The position numbers were made by a program, and so were the translations under genes. From IMG/VR virus record IMGVR_UViG_3300005613_002794, positions 1-56,524 of that record: a DNA stretch of 56,524 nt, one strand, 5' to 3'. The notes under the pieces were generated by a model. That model worked only from the letters and a program-made list of their open reading frames with translations, had not been told where the DNA came from and ran no database searches. This document shows positions 35,979 to 45,589 of this stretch, piece after piece. Every line of letters begins with the position of its first letter. Position 1 is the first letter of the stretch. The stretch comes from a virus (taxonomy: Duplodnaviria; Caudoviricetes).

Positions 35979-36044
35979 CCTAACCTGTTATGCCCCAAGG
36001 GGTTACGACCGCTTCGCGGGCGGCCCCGCCTGCCATAATGGCAG
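35979..36044 (+). repeat. Composite element copy 6 (diverged left arm)
   Basis: CCTAACCTGTT-ATGCCCC-AAGGGGTTACG, core, CTGCCATAATGGCAG. Confidence 0.85.
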
Positions 36045-36127
36045 TCAAGGAAAAAAGATGATAGATATTCGCTATTCGCGAATAGCGAATGGGGCAAGCC
36101 GTCAGGCTCCACAGGTGCGGCGGCTAA

Positions 36128-36310
36128 CTAAATCAGGTTCTTAAGGTTTTGCTTTTGGATGCGGCGAAACTTACGGCGTTCTTTCGCGTTGGACTTTCTC
36201 GGATGAGTCCCCCACCCGTTGCAGCACACACAACTTTTTCCGCCATACCCGTGATAGCTACGACGAATCAGTTTTTCTTCTTTTGCGTTGTTTGCAATCT
36301 CGATGTTCAT
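36128..36310 (-). CDS. Small basic Cys-containing protein
   Basis: CVCCNG, Arg/Lys-rich. Confidence 0.55.
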   Translation of the reverse strand: MNIEIANNAKEEKLIRRSYHGYGGKSCVCCNGWGTHPRKSNAKERRKFRRIQKQNLKNLI

Positions 36311-36331
36311 ACTAGTATTTAGGGAACTTTA

Positions 36332-36526
36332 TTATCGAAGAAGATCAGGGGAAACGGGTTGATTTTGAATCAAAGCAAAAGCCACTTCACGAATTTGCAT
36401 TCTCAATTCCTCCGTAGGGGAAAAAGAATCCTCGTCGTCAACCACAACAAAGCGCTTTTCTCGGTCGATGATATCCAAAAGAGTGTTTGCGATGTCGATT
36501 CGACGGCGATCTTCGGAAGTTTCCAT
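36332..36526 (-). CDS. Leaderless hypothetical protein
   Basis: TTGACA..GGTATAAT-6-ATG. Confidence 0.65.
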   Translation of the reverse strand: METSEDRRRIDIANTLLDIIDREKRFVVVDDEDSFSPTEELRMQIREVAFALIQNQPVSPDLLR

Positions 36527-36564
36527 GTGTGCATTATACCTCAGTAAGTGGGGGTTGTCAAGGA

Positions 36565-36747
36565 CTAATCCGTGCAAACTTCAACGTACCAACCCTTGTC
36601 CTTGTAGGGCCAGGATTGGCGGATGCCGAGACCAGCGCCAATTTCCCTGCGGACGTACTCGTGGATCTCCTCTCGGGTGGAACCCTCAGGTGCCACGACA
36701 AGGTAGGTATCGTAGTAACGGCCAGATTGGATCTTTTCGAACTTCAT
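36565..36747 (-). CDS. Leaderless protein, paralog of 34770..34976
   Basis: Same promoter sequence and similar coding sequence. Confidence 0.7.
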   Translation of the reverse strand: MKFEKIQSGRYYDTYLVVAPEGSTREEIHEYVRREIGAGLGIRQSWPYKDKGWYVEVCTD

Positions 36748-36806
36748 GGGTACATTATACCACATCCTGGGCAAATGTCAAGGGGTCAGGTGGATTTTTT
36801 TATCGT

Positions 36807-36872
36807 CCTAAGTCCTTGTCCCCCAAGGGGTTAGGACCGCTTCGCGGCCGCCCCCGCCTGCCATAATGGCAG
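36807..36872 (+). repeat. Composite element copy 7
   Basis: Core plus CTGCCATAATGGCAG. Confidence 0.9.
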
Positions 36873-36885
36873 TCTGTGATGTGTT

Positions 36886-37089
36886 TCATTCGCAGGGAAT
36901 AACGTCGTCCCAGATGCCTTGGTCGATCAGGTCCTGAGCGGACACGATCTTATTCCAATAGTACTCGTCCGCCCACCGCTCCAAATCAGCCATGTACTCA
37001 GTGTCGCAGGAGGAGCAGAGCCCCATGTGCGAGCGAAGGAAGTGGATCGGGGCAAGCGCCCCACAGCTATCACAGGCTTGTGTTTCCAT
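36886..37089 (-). CDS. Leaderless zinc-finger protein
   Basis: METQACDSC...LCSSC; TATAAT-GAGCAAC-ATG. Confidence 0.65.
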   Translation of the reverse strand: METQACDSCGALAPIHFLRSHMGLCSSCDTEYMADLERWADEYYWNKIVSAQDLIDQGIWDDVIPCE

Positions 37090-37238
37090 GTTGCTCATTA
37101 TACCACAGGGAAGGGGGCTTGTCAATAGGTTTTTTGGGTTTTCCTCAGAGGTTAGAGGTCATCTGCCTCTAAAGTGCCAAAAGTGGCCTATAACCGATGT
37201 GGCGTGTGGCCTTGACGCGGGGCCGCTCGGCCCCTGAA

Positions 37239-37460
37239 TTAGCGGTTGAGGAGGTCGAGCATTTGCTTCAAGCTCCACCGCTTGGTGCTGTAGTAGGAGG
37301 GCCACAAGGGGTCGCCTTGAGGGTAGTGGAATCGGTAGTGCGAGGAACCACTCGCCAGGTTGACGAGTTGGAGGACCTTACCCTCAGGCCCGAACCACTC
37401 CAGGATGTTCGGGTTGTCGGTGCGGGGAGTACCTTGGGGGAGAGTCTTGGTTGCTTTCAT
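37239..37460 (-). CDS. Leaderless hypothetical protein
   Basis: TTGCAT..TATAAT-GAGCAAC-ATG. Confidence 0.65.
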   Translation of the reverse strand: MKATKTLPQGTPRTDNPNILEWFGPEGKVLQLVNLASGSSHYRFHYPQGDPLWPSYYSTKRWSLKQMLDLLNR

Positions 37461-37523
37461 GTTGCTCATTATACCACACCCTCAGCGGAATGCAAGAACT
37501 ATTTCGGAAAATATCGCGTGGAC

Positions 37524-37637
37524 GGGACTCCTAACAAACCCCAAACCCACCTACATACAGGGACTCCTAATATTTTTCAAGTCCCAATTTTATAAAAAAT
37601 AAACTCAGGGACTCCTAGAACTTTTGTGGGACTCCTA
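37524..37637 (+). repeat. Four GGGACTCCTA direct repeats
   Basis: Copies at 37524, 37560, 37608, 37628. Confidence 0.85.
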
Positions 37638-37657
37638 TATAAATTCAGAGGTACATT

Positions 37658-38143
37658 ATGACTAACTTAGAAGACGCTTACTTACGCGCAAACATTAATC
37701 TCGCAGACACCTTAGCAGAGGCTCTAATCTCTGACAGTAACCAAGAAAAAGCCAAACCCCGCTATTCCATTGATCCAGGGGGAAAAGCGAAGAAAGAAGC
37801 GGAAAGATTAGCTGCACAACGAAGAAATAATCCTGAAACTATGCGAAGGGCTAACGCCGCAGCACTGAAGGCCCGCGCGATCGCCAACCAGCCTATGGGT
37901 GGTGTCACCCGCGTTCCAGGTCGTCCTGGCGTAGAAGAAGCTAATGAGATGCTTGGTGCCTGTATCGCAGAAGGTCTAGCACAGAAACTTCGCTCTGTAG
38001 CATCTAAGATGAAAGATCGCTACCAAAAAGGATCTAAGAAATCTCAAGCTAGGGGGATGGAGAAAGCTGATAGGGAATCTGAGAAATTCCACGCGGATCG
38101 TAAGAGAAGAGAGAGAGGCACAGCCTACTCACAAGACTCTTAA
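37658..38143 (+). CDS. Putative internal head protein
   Basis: Basic segments separated by LAE/VEE/IAE motifs; TATATAAAT upstream. Confidence 0.55.
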   Translation: MTNLEDAYLRANINLADTLAEALISDSNQEKAKPRYSIDPGGKAKKEAERLAAQRRNNPETMRRANAAALKARAIANQPMGGVTRVPGRPGVEEANEMLGACIAEGLAQKLRSVASKMKDRYQKGSKKSQARGMEKADRESEKFHADRKRRERGTAYSQDS

Positions 38144-38271
38144 TTTGCCACGCAGAAAGAACAAAGGATTTCGTAACAAGGATCCTAAATACTTTGAAAA
38201 ACTCGGGGAAACTAAAAAAGAAGTTCGTTGGATTATAAGCCAAGAAACTAAAAAAAAATTAGGAGTAGAAA

Positions 38272-38463
38272 ATGGACCACAAAGAAAGAATCCGCGCAAA
38301 GACCGAAGCTAGACTTGCAAGACTTAGACCCAACACGGGTCATGCTAGACTCTTAAGAGCAAGACTTGGAATTTCTGATGCTCCTGTAGTAGAAGAAGTT
38401 GTTGAGCCCGTTGTCGAAGAAGTAGTCAAGCCTCGCAAGCGTAGAACAAAGAAATCCGACTGA
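38272..38463 (+). CDS. Small hypothetical protein
   Basis: AGGAG SD; VEE repeats, basic tail. Confidence 0.6.
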   Translation: MDHKERIRAKTEARLARLRPNTGHARLLRARLGISDAPVVEEVVEPVVEEVVKPRKRRTKKSD

Positions 38464-38481
38464 TTATTTGTTCAATATAAT

Positions 38482-38519
38482 AAAAACTCCTTGGTATAAA
38501 ACAGTACCAAGGAGTTTTT
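38482..38519. terminator. Bidirectional terminator
   Basis: AAAAACTCCTTGGTA...TACCAAGGAGTTTTT. Confidence 0.85.
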
Positions 38520-39143
38520 TTATACTTCTTTAATTATCCAACCCGACACATGCTTAACGCCACCGACTCTGTTAGCGAACTCATGTCTGTGGTTCCCGTC
38601 TATTACTTCTAGCAAGCCCTCGTCTGACTCGAACAGGAGTAGGTCATCTTGCTTGTTGTAGTCCCAAGTAGTGTCCTCGATGGGTCTGACGGGCTGTAAG
38701 TACCTGATAGTTTTCTCTAGAGGTATCTGATACTCGTACCGCATCTCATAAATTGGCTTTGAGTACATAGAGGCTATACGATATTGCTGCATACACTCCT
38801 CGTCTTCACTCCAATCACCTACACACATGACAAGACTTGTGTTCTGAATAAGCATTTGCTGCTCATCTTCACGCTTTCCAATGCCATGAGTGATCTCTAG
38901 GTTCATAGCTTGGTAATATTTTTCGGTCTCTCGCTTGATTTTATGCTCAATAAGCCCACTGATGCGTGAATGCAGATACTCTTTGCACTTTTTAAGCAGA
39001 TCAGCGTCTTTTTTAGGCCCAATTCCGTAAATGTTGACAGTATTTTTGATAATTTCGTTGAAATTATCGTTCATTGGGTGCGGCCACTTATTTCTTTGAG
39101 GTTTATCACTGCCTGCGCCAGTGTAATTAATGATTTTTTTCAT
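38520..39143 (-). CDS. Protein with C-terminal ParB/Srx-like motif
   Basis: EVIDGNHR. Confidence 0.55.
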   Translation of the reverse strand: MKKIINYTGAGSDKPQRNKWPHPMNDNFNEIIKNTVNIYGIGPKKDADLLKKCKEYLHSRISGLIEHKIKRETEKYYQAMNLEITHGIGKREDEQQMLIQNTSLVMCVGDWSEDEECMQQYRIASMYSKPIYEMRYEYQIPLEKTIRYLQPVRPIEDTTWDYNKQDDLLLFESDEGLLEVIDGNHRHEFANRVGGVKHVSGWIIKEV

Positions 39144-39146
39144 TTC

Positions 39147-39839
39147 TCAGTGCTGAATTCTAATAGGAAGCTCTGTATTCTGAATAAATGCGAGCCTATT
39201 CTTGTGCCATGACTCTCTTCCTACCAATTCTCCTCTAGAATTATGTAGAATGTTCATGTCAATCACCTTATTTGTGTATCCTTTTTCAAAAGCAGTAGTT
39301 GTATAATGAATATCATAGAAATCCCACTCACCTTCGAAGTATTCTGGCTTGTCTAAACCAATATCACGCACTACTTTTGCTCTTGCTGCTAAAAATAAGC
39401 CGTCCAAAGCCACTACATCATCTGCTGGACCATATTCAGTCACATATTCCTTGCCTTGCTGGTCAATGTGAGATACTTTACCCCTATGCAATCCTGCTTT
39501 CCACACATCCTGATCCCACCACACCGCATTTGGAGATAAATAAGTAGTTCCCGCTGGTCCTACAAACCCAGTCTCAGGTAAATAGCACAAATCTTGGAGC
39601 TTCTTTAAAAATTCGGCGCATACTTCTCGAATTTCGATGTCATCATGACAAAATATACAGATATCGTTGTCATCTGGGTTAATGCGCTCAAAAGCCCCTT
39701 TATAAGCTTTAAATATAGATTTGGCCTTAGACATCAAGATTACATTAACACCACAACCAGACAAAAAGTTCAAAAGCTTATTCGTTGTAGCAGTAACTTG
39801 ATCTGCTGATCTAGTACATATAATAGCGTGTATTGACAT
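39147..39839 (-). CDS. GT2-like glycosyltransferase
   Basis: IICT, FCHDD, G.AG, VALDGLFLA, WDFYD, H.S.G. Confidence 0.8.
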   Translation of the reverse strand: MSIHAIICTRSADQVTATTNKLLNFLSGCGVNVILMSKAKSIFKAYKGAFERINPDDNDICIFCHDDIEIREVCAEFLKKLQDLCYLPETGFVGPAGTTYLSPNAVWWDQDVWKAGLHRGKVSHIDQQGKEYVTEYGPADDVVALDGLFLAARAKVVRDIGLDKPEYFEGEWDFYDIHYTTTAFEKGYTNKVIDMNILHNSRGELVGRESWHKNRLAFIQNTELPIRIQH

Positions 39840-39872
39840 ATACTATTATATGCAAGAGCCAAGTATTTTTTT

Positions 39873-41417
39873 ATGGAAAACGAAAAATTATTAGAAGAGT
39901 TTAAGAAATGCTCTCAAGACCCCGCTCACTTTATATCCAGATATATCAAAGTTACTCACCCTGTTCGAGGTCTAGTTCCCTTCAAACTCTACCCATTCCA
40001 GGAAAGAATCCTTGAAGAACTACAAGGAAACAGGTTTAATATTCTTCGTAAGTTCAGACAGGCTGGATGTACTACTATCGCTGCTGCTTACAGCTTGTGG
40101 ATGATTATCTTTCAAAAGCACAAGTCGGTGGTTATTCTCTCTAAGGGTGATGCAGAGTCTACCGAGGTTCTTGATCGTATTAAGCTCATGTATGACGAGC
40201 TACCTGATTTCCTAAAGCCAGGCATCGTTGAAGACAACAAACACACACTAAAACTTAAAACAAACTCTATTATTAAGTCCAGGCCATCAGGGAAGCAGTC
40301 AGGTCGTTCTCTTGCTGGATCATTTCTGATTATTGATGAGGCTGCGTTCATTGAGAATATTGATACTATTTGGGCTGCTGTTTATCCAATTATCTCTACA
40401 GGTGGTCGTGCTTTCGTTCTTTCTACTGTTAACGGCATTGGAAATTGGTATCATGAAGTTTACCAAAATTCGCTTGTAGGAGTAAACTCTTTTAATGCCA
40501 TTGATATCCGTTGGCAGGAGCATCCAGAGTATAGCTTCACAGAAGGCTTTGAGGACCTTTATGCCGAAATGGCAGAGAAGGGCCTGGACATCCATAAATG
40601 GGAAGAGATCACTAAGGCGAACATGCCTACTAAGCAGTGGTTACAAGAGTATGAGTGTAGCTTCCTGGGAACTGGCGATACCTTCGTAGAGGGCGAAATT
40701 CTTAAAAACATTTCGTCCCAAACTAGTGAAAAATACTACACCAAGTATAACAACCGTATGCGCGTTTGGCAGGACCCTCAGCCCCATTACTCGTACCTAA
40801 TTTCGTGTGATACTTCCTTGGGTAGGGACAGGGACTACTCAGCTTTCCATATAATCAATATGTACAACGGGCAGCAAGTGGCAGAATTTTACTCTAACCG
40901 CACTGCCATTAACGATTTCGCTAAAATACTATTCAATGAAGGCACGCTATATAATATAGCTTCGATAGTTTGTGAAAGAAACACGATAGGTAACAATCTT
41001 ATCGACTGGCTCTATAATATTTATGAGTATGAAAACCTGTGGGCCGACGATAAGGGTGAGTTGGGATTCCAGGTTACTGCCAAAAATAGAGAAAGTGTTC
41101 TGGCTGAATTAGAGGAGGCCCTTAGGACTGACATGATCAAAATTAACTCAACGAGAACCTGCGATGAGTTAATGACGTTCATTATTTCAGAGAATGGCAA
41201 GCCCCAGGCTGAGAAAAATCACCACGATGATTTGGTCATGAGTTTAGCCCTGGCAGTCCATACCTACAAAAACTTGCTCGATTCCACCCCCATGGAGTTT
41301 GCAACTAGACTAAATAATGATGAGAGATTACCCCTCCCTTCAAAGATGTACAAGCACACAATAAAAAATGCGCTTGGACAAATAACTGAGGAAGATTATA
41401 AATGGCTGATAAAGTAG
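39873..41417 (+). CDS. Terminase large subunit (T4 gp17-like)
   Basis: F.LYPFQ, RQAGCTT Walker A variant, IIDEAAF, STVNG, QEYEC.F, HDDLVM. Confidence 0.95.
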   Translation: MENEKLLEEFKKCSQDPAHFISRYIKVTHPVRGLVPFKLYPFQERILEELQGNRFNILRKFRQAGCTTIAAAYSLWMIIFQKHKSVVILSKGDAESTEVLDRIKLMYDELPDFLKPGIVEDNKHTLKLKTNSIIKSRPSGKQSGRSLAGSFLIIDEAAFIENIDTIWAAVYPIISTGGRAFVLSTVNGIGNWYHEVYQNSLVGVNSFNAIDIRWQEHPEYSFTEGFEDLYAEMAEKGLDIHKWEEITKANMPTKQWLQEYECSFLGTGDTFVEGEILKNISSQTSEKYYTKYNNRMRVWQDPQPHYSYLISCDTSLGRDRDYSAFHIINMYNGQQVAEFYSNRTAINDFAKILFNEGTLYNIASIVCERNTIGNNLIDWLYNIYEYENLWADDKGELGFQVTAKNRESVLAELEEALRTDMIKINSTRTCDELMTFIISENGKPQAEKNHHDDLVMSLALAVHTYKNLLDSTPMEFATRLNNDERLPLPSKMYKHTIKNALGQITEEDYKWLIK

Positions 41418-43168
41418 AGGACAATATTGAAGAAAGCGGTTACACCAACTTCGGTGGAACTGAAAACAGGGCTGGTTCTTATTATACACCAACAGGACCA
41501 ATAGGAAAGTTCTTTGCTAAGTTCTTTGCCACAAAAGCGCAAGTTCCCGCTGCCGCTGCCATTGATAGTAAAGTTACTCCTGAAACTGGAGACACGGTTA
41601 TCTCAACTCAGGTTATCAAGGATGCGCCTGTAGATGGCGCTCCTGCCGTGGGTGGGGTGAGCAGAAACCCAATCCTTCCCCAGCTAGAACTCAACCGTAG
41701 GCGTAGATACAAAGACTACGAAGAGATGGACGAGTACCCAGAGATTGGTGCTGCTTTTGATATTTACGCTGATGATTCTACTCAGCGAGGATTAAGGGGC
41801 GAACGCTGGGCTGTGAAGTCTGATAACGACATGGTGGTTGAAGAAGTAGAAACCTTTTTCGATACCATTCGATTAGACAAGCTTCTTTGGGATATCATCA
41901 GAAATACCGTAAAATATGGGGATTGCTTTACTGAACTTATCCTAGACGTTAACAAGCCACAGGAAGGCGTAAAGAAGATCAAGATCCTTAACCCAAACTG
42001 GATTCTTCGTGTTGAAAACGAGTTTGGTTATCTAAAGAAGTTCCTCCAAGAGATCCCTAATATGGAGTCTCTACAATACGCTGAAGTTGGTCAATCTAAT
42101 GTAAATCGCCCTGTTAAGTACATTGAGCTTGACAAGAATCAAATTGTCCACTTCCGTCTACACACATCAGATCCAATCTTCTACCCCTATGGTAAATCAA
42201 TTGCAGCCCTCTGCCACAGGGTATTCCGATCACTGAAGATGATGGAAGACGCGATGATGATTTATCGTTTGTCGCGTGCTCCTGAGCGTAGAATCTTTTA
42301 TGTAGACACAGGCAACCTTCCAACCTCCAAGGCTGAAATGTTTATTGAGCGTCTTAAGCAGAAGTTCAAGAAAGAGAAGTTCTACAACAGCCCAAAGGGC
42401 ACAGTGGACTCAAGATACAACCCAATGTCAATGGACGAGGACTTCTTCGTTCCAACTAGAAATGGCAGGGGCACCAAGATCGAAACTCTGCCTGGAGCTA
42501 CTAACCTTGGTGAGATCGAAGACGTTCGATACTACAGAGACAAGCTACTTGCTGGTTTGAAGGTTCCAAAAGACTACATTGTAGAAAAGGAACAATCACC
42601 AGAAAGAAAAGCCAACCTATCTCAGCTTGATGTTAAGTTCGCCAGAACTATTCAGCGAGTCCAGATTGATGTTGAAACTGGGTTGGAAAACATGGCAAAG
42701 AGACACCTTCAATTACGAGGGTTCCCTGCTTCTGTGATCAAAAATCTAAAAATTAAATTACCTGAGCCTTCTGATATGTCAGAAAAGCGCAAGCTTGATG
42801 TTGATGAGCAGAAGACTAGAGTTATCCAGGCTGTCCAAGGTCTCAACCTGTTCTCAAAGGAGAGCATCTACCGCGAGTTCTACGATATGACTGAAGATGA
42901 GATCCGTAGAATGAAATCGGAGATAGAGAGCGAACAACAGCAGGAGCAACAGGATCAGCAAGCCATGGGTGCGGGGCCTGGGCCAGGAGAAGCAGGTGGG
43001 CAAGAGCCTGCTGAAAACGCACCACCTACAGCCAATGAGAGTGTAGAGTATGCACTCAAATTTGTGGCTGACACTGCAATTGATGAAAAAGCCAAAGAAG
43101 TGCTACAACGAATTGTAGAAAAACAACAGCAAAAAGCAGAAATCACTAACTCCGAAGAATCTATATAA
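41402..43168 (+). CDS. Portal protein (T4 gp20-like)
   Basis: MEDAMMIYRLSRAPERRIFYVDTGNLP, EDFFVP, IETLPG. Confidence 0.95.
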   Translation: MADKVEDNIEESGYTNFGGTENRAGSYYTPTGPIGKFFAKFFATKAQVPAAAAIDSKVTPETGDTVISTQVIKDAPVDGAPAVGGVSRNPILPQLELNRRRRYKDYEEMDEYPEIGAAFDIYADDSTQRGLRGERWAVKSDNDMVVEEVETFFDTIRLDKLLWDIIRNTVKYGDCFTELILDVNKPQEGVKKIKILNPNWILRVENEFGYLKKFLQEIPNMESLQYAEVGQSNVNRPVKYIELDKNQIVHFRLHTSDPIFYPYGKSIAALCHRVFRSLKMMEDAMMIYRLSRAPERRIFYVDTGNLPTSKAEMFIERLKQKFKKEKFYNSPKGTVDSRYNPMSMDEDFFVPTRNGRGTKIETLPGATNLGEIEDVRYYRDKLLAGLKVPKDYIVEKEQSPERKANLSQLDVKFARTIQRVQIDVETGLENMAKRHLQLRGFPASVIKNLKIKLPEPSDMSEKRKLDVDEQKTRVIQAVQGLNLFSKESIYREFYDMTEDEIRRMKSEIESEQQQEQQDQQAMGAGPGPGEAGGQEPAENAPPTANESVEYALKFVADTAIDEKAKEVLQRIVEKQQQKAEITNSEESI

Positions 43169-43194
43169 TTCGGGGCCACATTACGGAGATAAAA

Positions 43195-44769
43195 ATGTTT
43201 TCTAATTTATTCGAAGAGAGAGATAAAACAATCACACACCTAGTAAAGCTGGGTGACTGCATTGGCAGATCACTGAGAGAGAACGTCAGTCTTTTCTCAA
43301 TTGACAGTGCAAATTCTGAAGTATCCTATGTCACTAACAGCGGCATGGTTATCAGCGGAAAGTATACTATTGGAGAGGATATCTCAATTGATAGAATCAA
43401 AGTTCAAGATTCCTCAGTTTTCCAAGATGGAGAGGAGTTTGATAACTTTGTAAACTCTAAAATCCACTCCTTTGTAGAAAGTGTGCATTACGGAGAGTAT
43501 GCCACAGCCGATAGCTCATTTGATGATGTTCTTTCACTATGGGAAAGCCGCCTAAAGCTTTCATCTATCCAGAACAGATTGATGGAGCAAAGTGAAAAGC
43601 TTTCTCAGATAGAGCAGATTCTTGAGTCTGATCAGTTCCAAAAGCTCATGGAGGTCACTCCCCAGCTTCAGGACTTCCTAAGAGAAAACATTGAAAAAGT
43701 AACTTCAGTTCCAGAAGTTCGCAACGCTGTGAACCTCTCAAACGTGGTTTCAAATGCTTTCAACTTCCCAAGGTTAACCCTTGAGGAGCTTGAGGAGAAC
43801 AGTTCATACACCTTGAAGAATGGTGTTAATGAGTCTATCTACGAAATGATTTGTAGACAAGAGCTTGTTAAGCGTGAACTAATCGAATCAAAGAAAAGCT
43901 TTGACACTGTATGGGCTGATAACACATCAATTAGAAAACTTGCGAGTATGATCTTTGAAGGTGACGAAGCCGTTGTTGGGGCTTTGTCTGAGGCCCTGAA
44001 GGAAGTTCCTTATCTCTCACTTGCTTCCAAGAGGAGCCTCTTCAATACTTTCACAAACTGCCTTGCAAACGCTGATGGTATCGGTGTGTCTGAGAAGGAC
44101 ATCCAGAGCTACGCATCAAGGATCTTTGAATATAAGAAGGATGTGAAAGAACTCTTTATTGATACAATCAATGAAAAGTACGGAGTGAACATTCAGAATC
44201 TACAAAACCCAGCATCTTTCAAGAGCCTGGCTAACACTCAAGTTATTATCTTCGAAGCTCTTTCAAGATTGGCTCCAAAAGGATCTGTGCTGAAGGAAGT
44301 CTTGTCTGAGATGGCTCAGTGCTTGAAGAACAAGTCTGGTGTCGAGTGCATTGATGTAAACGACTTTCTTATGGAAATGTTTGTATCAGTCGGATACGAC
44401 TACGTTCTTGAGGAGGCCGAAACTAAGGATCTTCCAAAAGTAAACTTCAAAAGAGTAAGTAAGGACCTGATCGACATCCAGGATCTAGTTATGACCCTAA
44501 AGCAAAAGGTTCAAGATCAAGAGTACCCAAGCGATGAAAACCTAGCTCCTGAGGAAGAAGCTCCCGCAAAGGCCACCCAAAAGGAACCAGCACCAGAGCC
44601 CCCAGCAGAGGAGCCAGCCCCTGAGCCAGCACCAGAAGCTGCTCCTGAAGAAGCACCAGAGCCACAAGCTCAAGATGATGTAGTCAACGATCTAGCTGAC
44701 TTGGAAAACATGGTAGCTGACATCGCTGCTGAACTTGGAATGGATAAGCCAGAGGAAGATGAAGAATGA
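43195..44769 (+). CDS. Large acidic head-associated hypothetical protein
   Basis: Follows portal; helical; Pro/Glu-rich tail. Confidence 0.6.
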   Translation: MFSNLFEERDKTITHLVKLGDCIGRSLRENVSLFSIDSANSEVSYVTNSGMVISGKYTIGEDISIDRIKVQDSSVFQDGEEFDNFVNSKIHSFVESVHYGEYATADSSFDDVLSLWESRLKLSSIQNRLMEQSEKLSQIEQILESDQFQKLMEVTPQLQDFLRENIEKVTSVPEVRNAVNLSNVVSNAFNFPRLTLEELEENSSYTLKNGVNESIYEMICRQELVKRELIESKKSFDTVWADNTSIRKLASMIFEGDEAVVGALSEALKEVPYLSLASKRSLFNTFTNCLANADGIGVSEKDIQSYASRIFEYKKDVKELFIDTINEKYGVNIQNLQNPASFKSLANTQVIIFEALSRLAPKGSVLKEVLSEMAQCLKNKSGVECIDVNDFLMEMFVSVGYDYVLEEAETKDLPKVNFKRVSKDLIDIQDLVMTLKQKVQDQEYPSDENLAPEEEAPAKATQKEPAPEPPAEEPAPEPAPEAAPEEAPEPQAQDDVVNDLADLENMVADIAAELGMDKPEEDEE

Positions 44770-45194
44770 CACATACCACTTTAAGACCCTACACTAAAGT
44801 AATAAATATTGGTGCTGGTGAAACTTCAGCCATAGAATTAAAAGACACTTCTGAGACTTTATTAGAATGTAATTACATCAGAGTTAACACTTCTGGAACC
44901 CTGATCCCGCTGGCCGTCGAAGATGCAGTTGATTTTACAGTCTACCTTTCTGGAGTTGAAGGATTAACGACCACAAATACACCTGCTGGGACAGGGACTG
45001 CTGATGGTAGTGGTTTTTGCGGTGTTGTAGGTCAAGGTGATGGAATTAATCCTGTAGAAATATTTCTGGATGATCAAGACAGAGTTTCCGAAATTCAAAT
45101 ATATTCTCCTCTTAATAGAAATTATTCTATAACATACGGTAATATTAAATTCATTAATCCAATGAGATTTAATGATCGTCCAAAAGGATCGTAA
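44766..45194 (+). CDS. Putative virion protein, paralog of 21474..21989
   Basis: CNY.RV, SG..G.V, YGNI motifs. Confidence 0.6.
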   Translation: MTHTTLRPYTKVINIGAGETSAIELKDTSETLLECNYIRVNTSGTLIPLAVEDAVDFTVYLSGVEGLTTTNTPAGTGTADGSGFCGVVGQGDGINPVEIFLDDQDRVSEIQIYSPLNRNYSITYGNIKFINPMRFNDRPKGS

Positions 45195-45589
45195 TGGCAT
45201 TACAAATACAAAATAACCTTACGGTGGGAAGACCAGGAAAGCGAGGTAGATCTAGAAGATACTCTAGTTCTACCTACCGCACTTCTGGTGGAGATCGTGG
45301 AGTTACTTTTGTAGGAGTTCAAAATTTAAGATTTCGTGCAGGAAACGGATATAGAACAACCTTAGGTTTCGGTGGAGGTAACTGGTCTTTCAAGCTATGG
45401 GACTCCACAGGAACACAAGTAGGAACAACAAAAGTTAGAAGCACACTTGAAGTTCTAATTGCTCTAGTAAATGCTGATGCCACCCTATCAACTTATGTAG
45501 AAGCAGTTTTAGAGAGTGGCGTTACAAGTGTGACAGGAAATACTAGTTTAAACTTTGCTGATGCAACGGTTATGAGTGGGGGAGTATAA
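45194..45589 (+). CDS. Putative virion protein
   Basis: Gly/Thr-rich ORF in late operon. Confidence 0.55.
   Translation: MALQIQNNLTVGRPGKRGRSRRYSSSTYRTSGGDRGVTFVGVQNLRFRAGNGYRTTLGFGGGNWSFKLWDSTGTQVGTTKVRSTLEVLIALVNADATLSTYVEAVLESGVTSVTGNTSLNFADATVMSGGV

Noticed and set aside
30903-36872. CRISPR array interpretation of the repeated element
   Set aside because: Spacing is 0.8-1.3 kb and irregular, intervals are whole genes, one copy is inverted, and no cas operon is present.
31647-37602. Plus-strand ORFs across the array (e.g. 33533..34264, 32390..32947)
   Set aside because: Antisense shadows in GC-richer DNA that run through promoters and repeats; promoters point to the minus strand.
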